In this document: positions 63,495-64,000 of the stretch, piece by piece | Layout of the letters: every line of letters begins with the position of its first letter | Numbering within the stretch: the first letter of the stretch is position 1 | NCBI RefSeq assembly: GCF_006345805.1 | Contig: NC_043010.1 | Coordinates: 28,706,001 to 28,770,000, forward strand | DNA: 64,000 bases | Direction of reading: 5' to 3' | Source of the DNA: Octopus sinensis | Lineage: Eukaryota | Made by a program: the position numbers and the translations under genes | Notes under the pieces: model-generated | Databases searched by the model: none | Seen by the model: the letters and a program-made list of their open reading frames with translations, nothing else | What the model was told of the DNA's origin: nothing

Positions 63495-64000
63495 ATGTGG
63501 GCTGATCAATAAATATCCGGACTATTGCCATATAATAAAGCTGAAGGATGCAAAGTGAAGCCACTTGGTACAGATTGACCTTGGTCTCTGCTGTGCATGC
63601 ACACTAAGTTTTAACATTCTAGCTCACTTTTGCTGTTTATAGCAGTGCTTGGAAGGAAGGTGTGTAGTGTGTGATTGTCACATTGACCACAACAGAGGAA
63701 GTTGAGCAGAGAATCTGTATCAAATTTTGCCAAAAGCCAGCAATACCTGCTCAGAGACCTCTTCAAAGTTTTCATCGTTCTTGATACAGTCAAGGAGATC
63801 TTGTGCAACTGAAACCTGAGTGTCTTATTTTGTCAGCTGAAAGCAGTTCTGGCACAAACTTAGCAGACACACATCTCATACCCAAATCTTCAGTGATTAT
63901 GGACTGAACCATAACTAATCAGCACATCCTCTGATAACCCACAGATGGTGATTTGATGATTTCCCCTCATAGCTGCATGCAATTCTGTGATGTTTTTCTC
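63495..64000. mobile_element. Rearranged mariner remnant: a + strand 5' end joined to a - strand transposase fragment
   Basis: The + strand has EQRICIKFCQK near 63703-63737. The - strand has ITEDLGMRCVSAKFVPELLS and VAQDLLDCIKNDENF between 63760 and 63900. Confidence 0.75.

Overview
AT-rich, repeat-dense eukaryotic genomic DNA. The mix of microsatellites, tRNA-headed SINEs and a huge-intron C2H2 zinc-finger gene resembles coleoid cephalopod (octopus) genomes; that assignment is an inference. One protein-coding gene is supported, on the + strand: a 435-aa transcription factor with six C2H2 fingers (the first degenerate) and a polyQ-containing C-terminus. It is encoded by two coding exons (3854-4462 and 41913-42611) joined by a 37,450-nt phase-0 GT-AG intron that splits finger 5. 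The rest is transposon-derived or low-complexity: four recurring SINE-like families (labelled A-D here), two decayed mariners, two non-autonomous Helitrons, a MITE with an 8-bp TSD, piggyBac-like ends, and remnants of Dong/R4, CR1-like and Tx1/L1-like LINEs. The most notable signals are (i) eight type-I hammerhead ribozyme motifs, intact to decayed, several inside inverted-repeat Penelope-like mini-elements and one behind a tRNA-like head; (ii) a candidate 46-nt poison cassette exon enclosed by an inverted retroposon pair; (iii) a retroposon family with a variable-copy 62-bp hairpin repeat; and (iv) a ~10-kb, almost single-orientation head-to-tail SINE array downstream of the stop codon. All structures were read by eye and none has been tested computationally.
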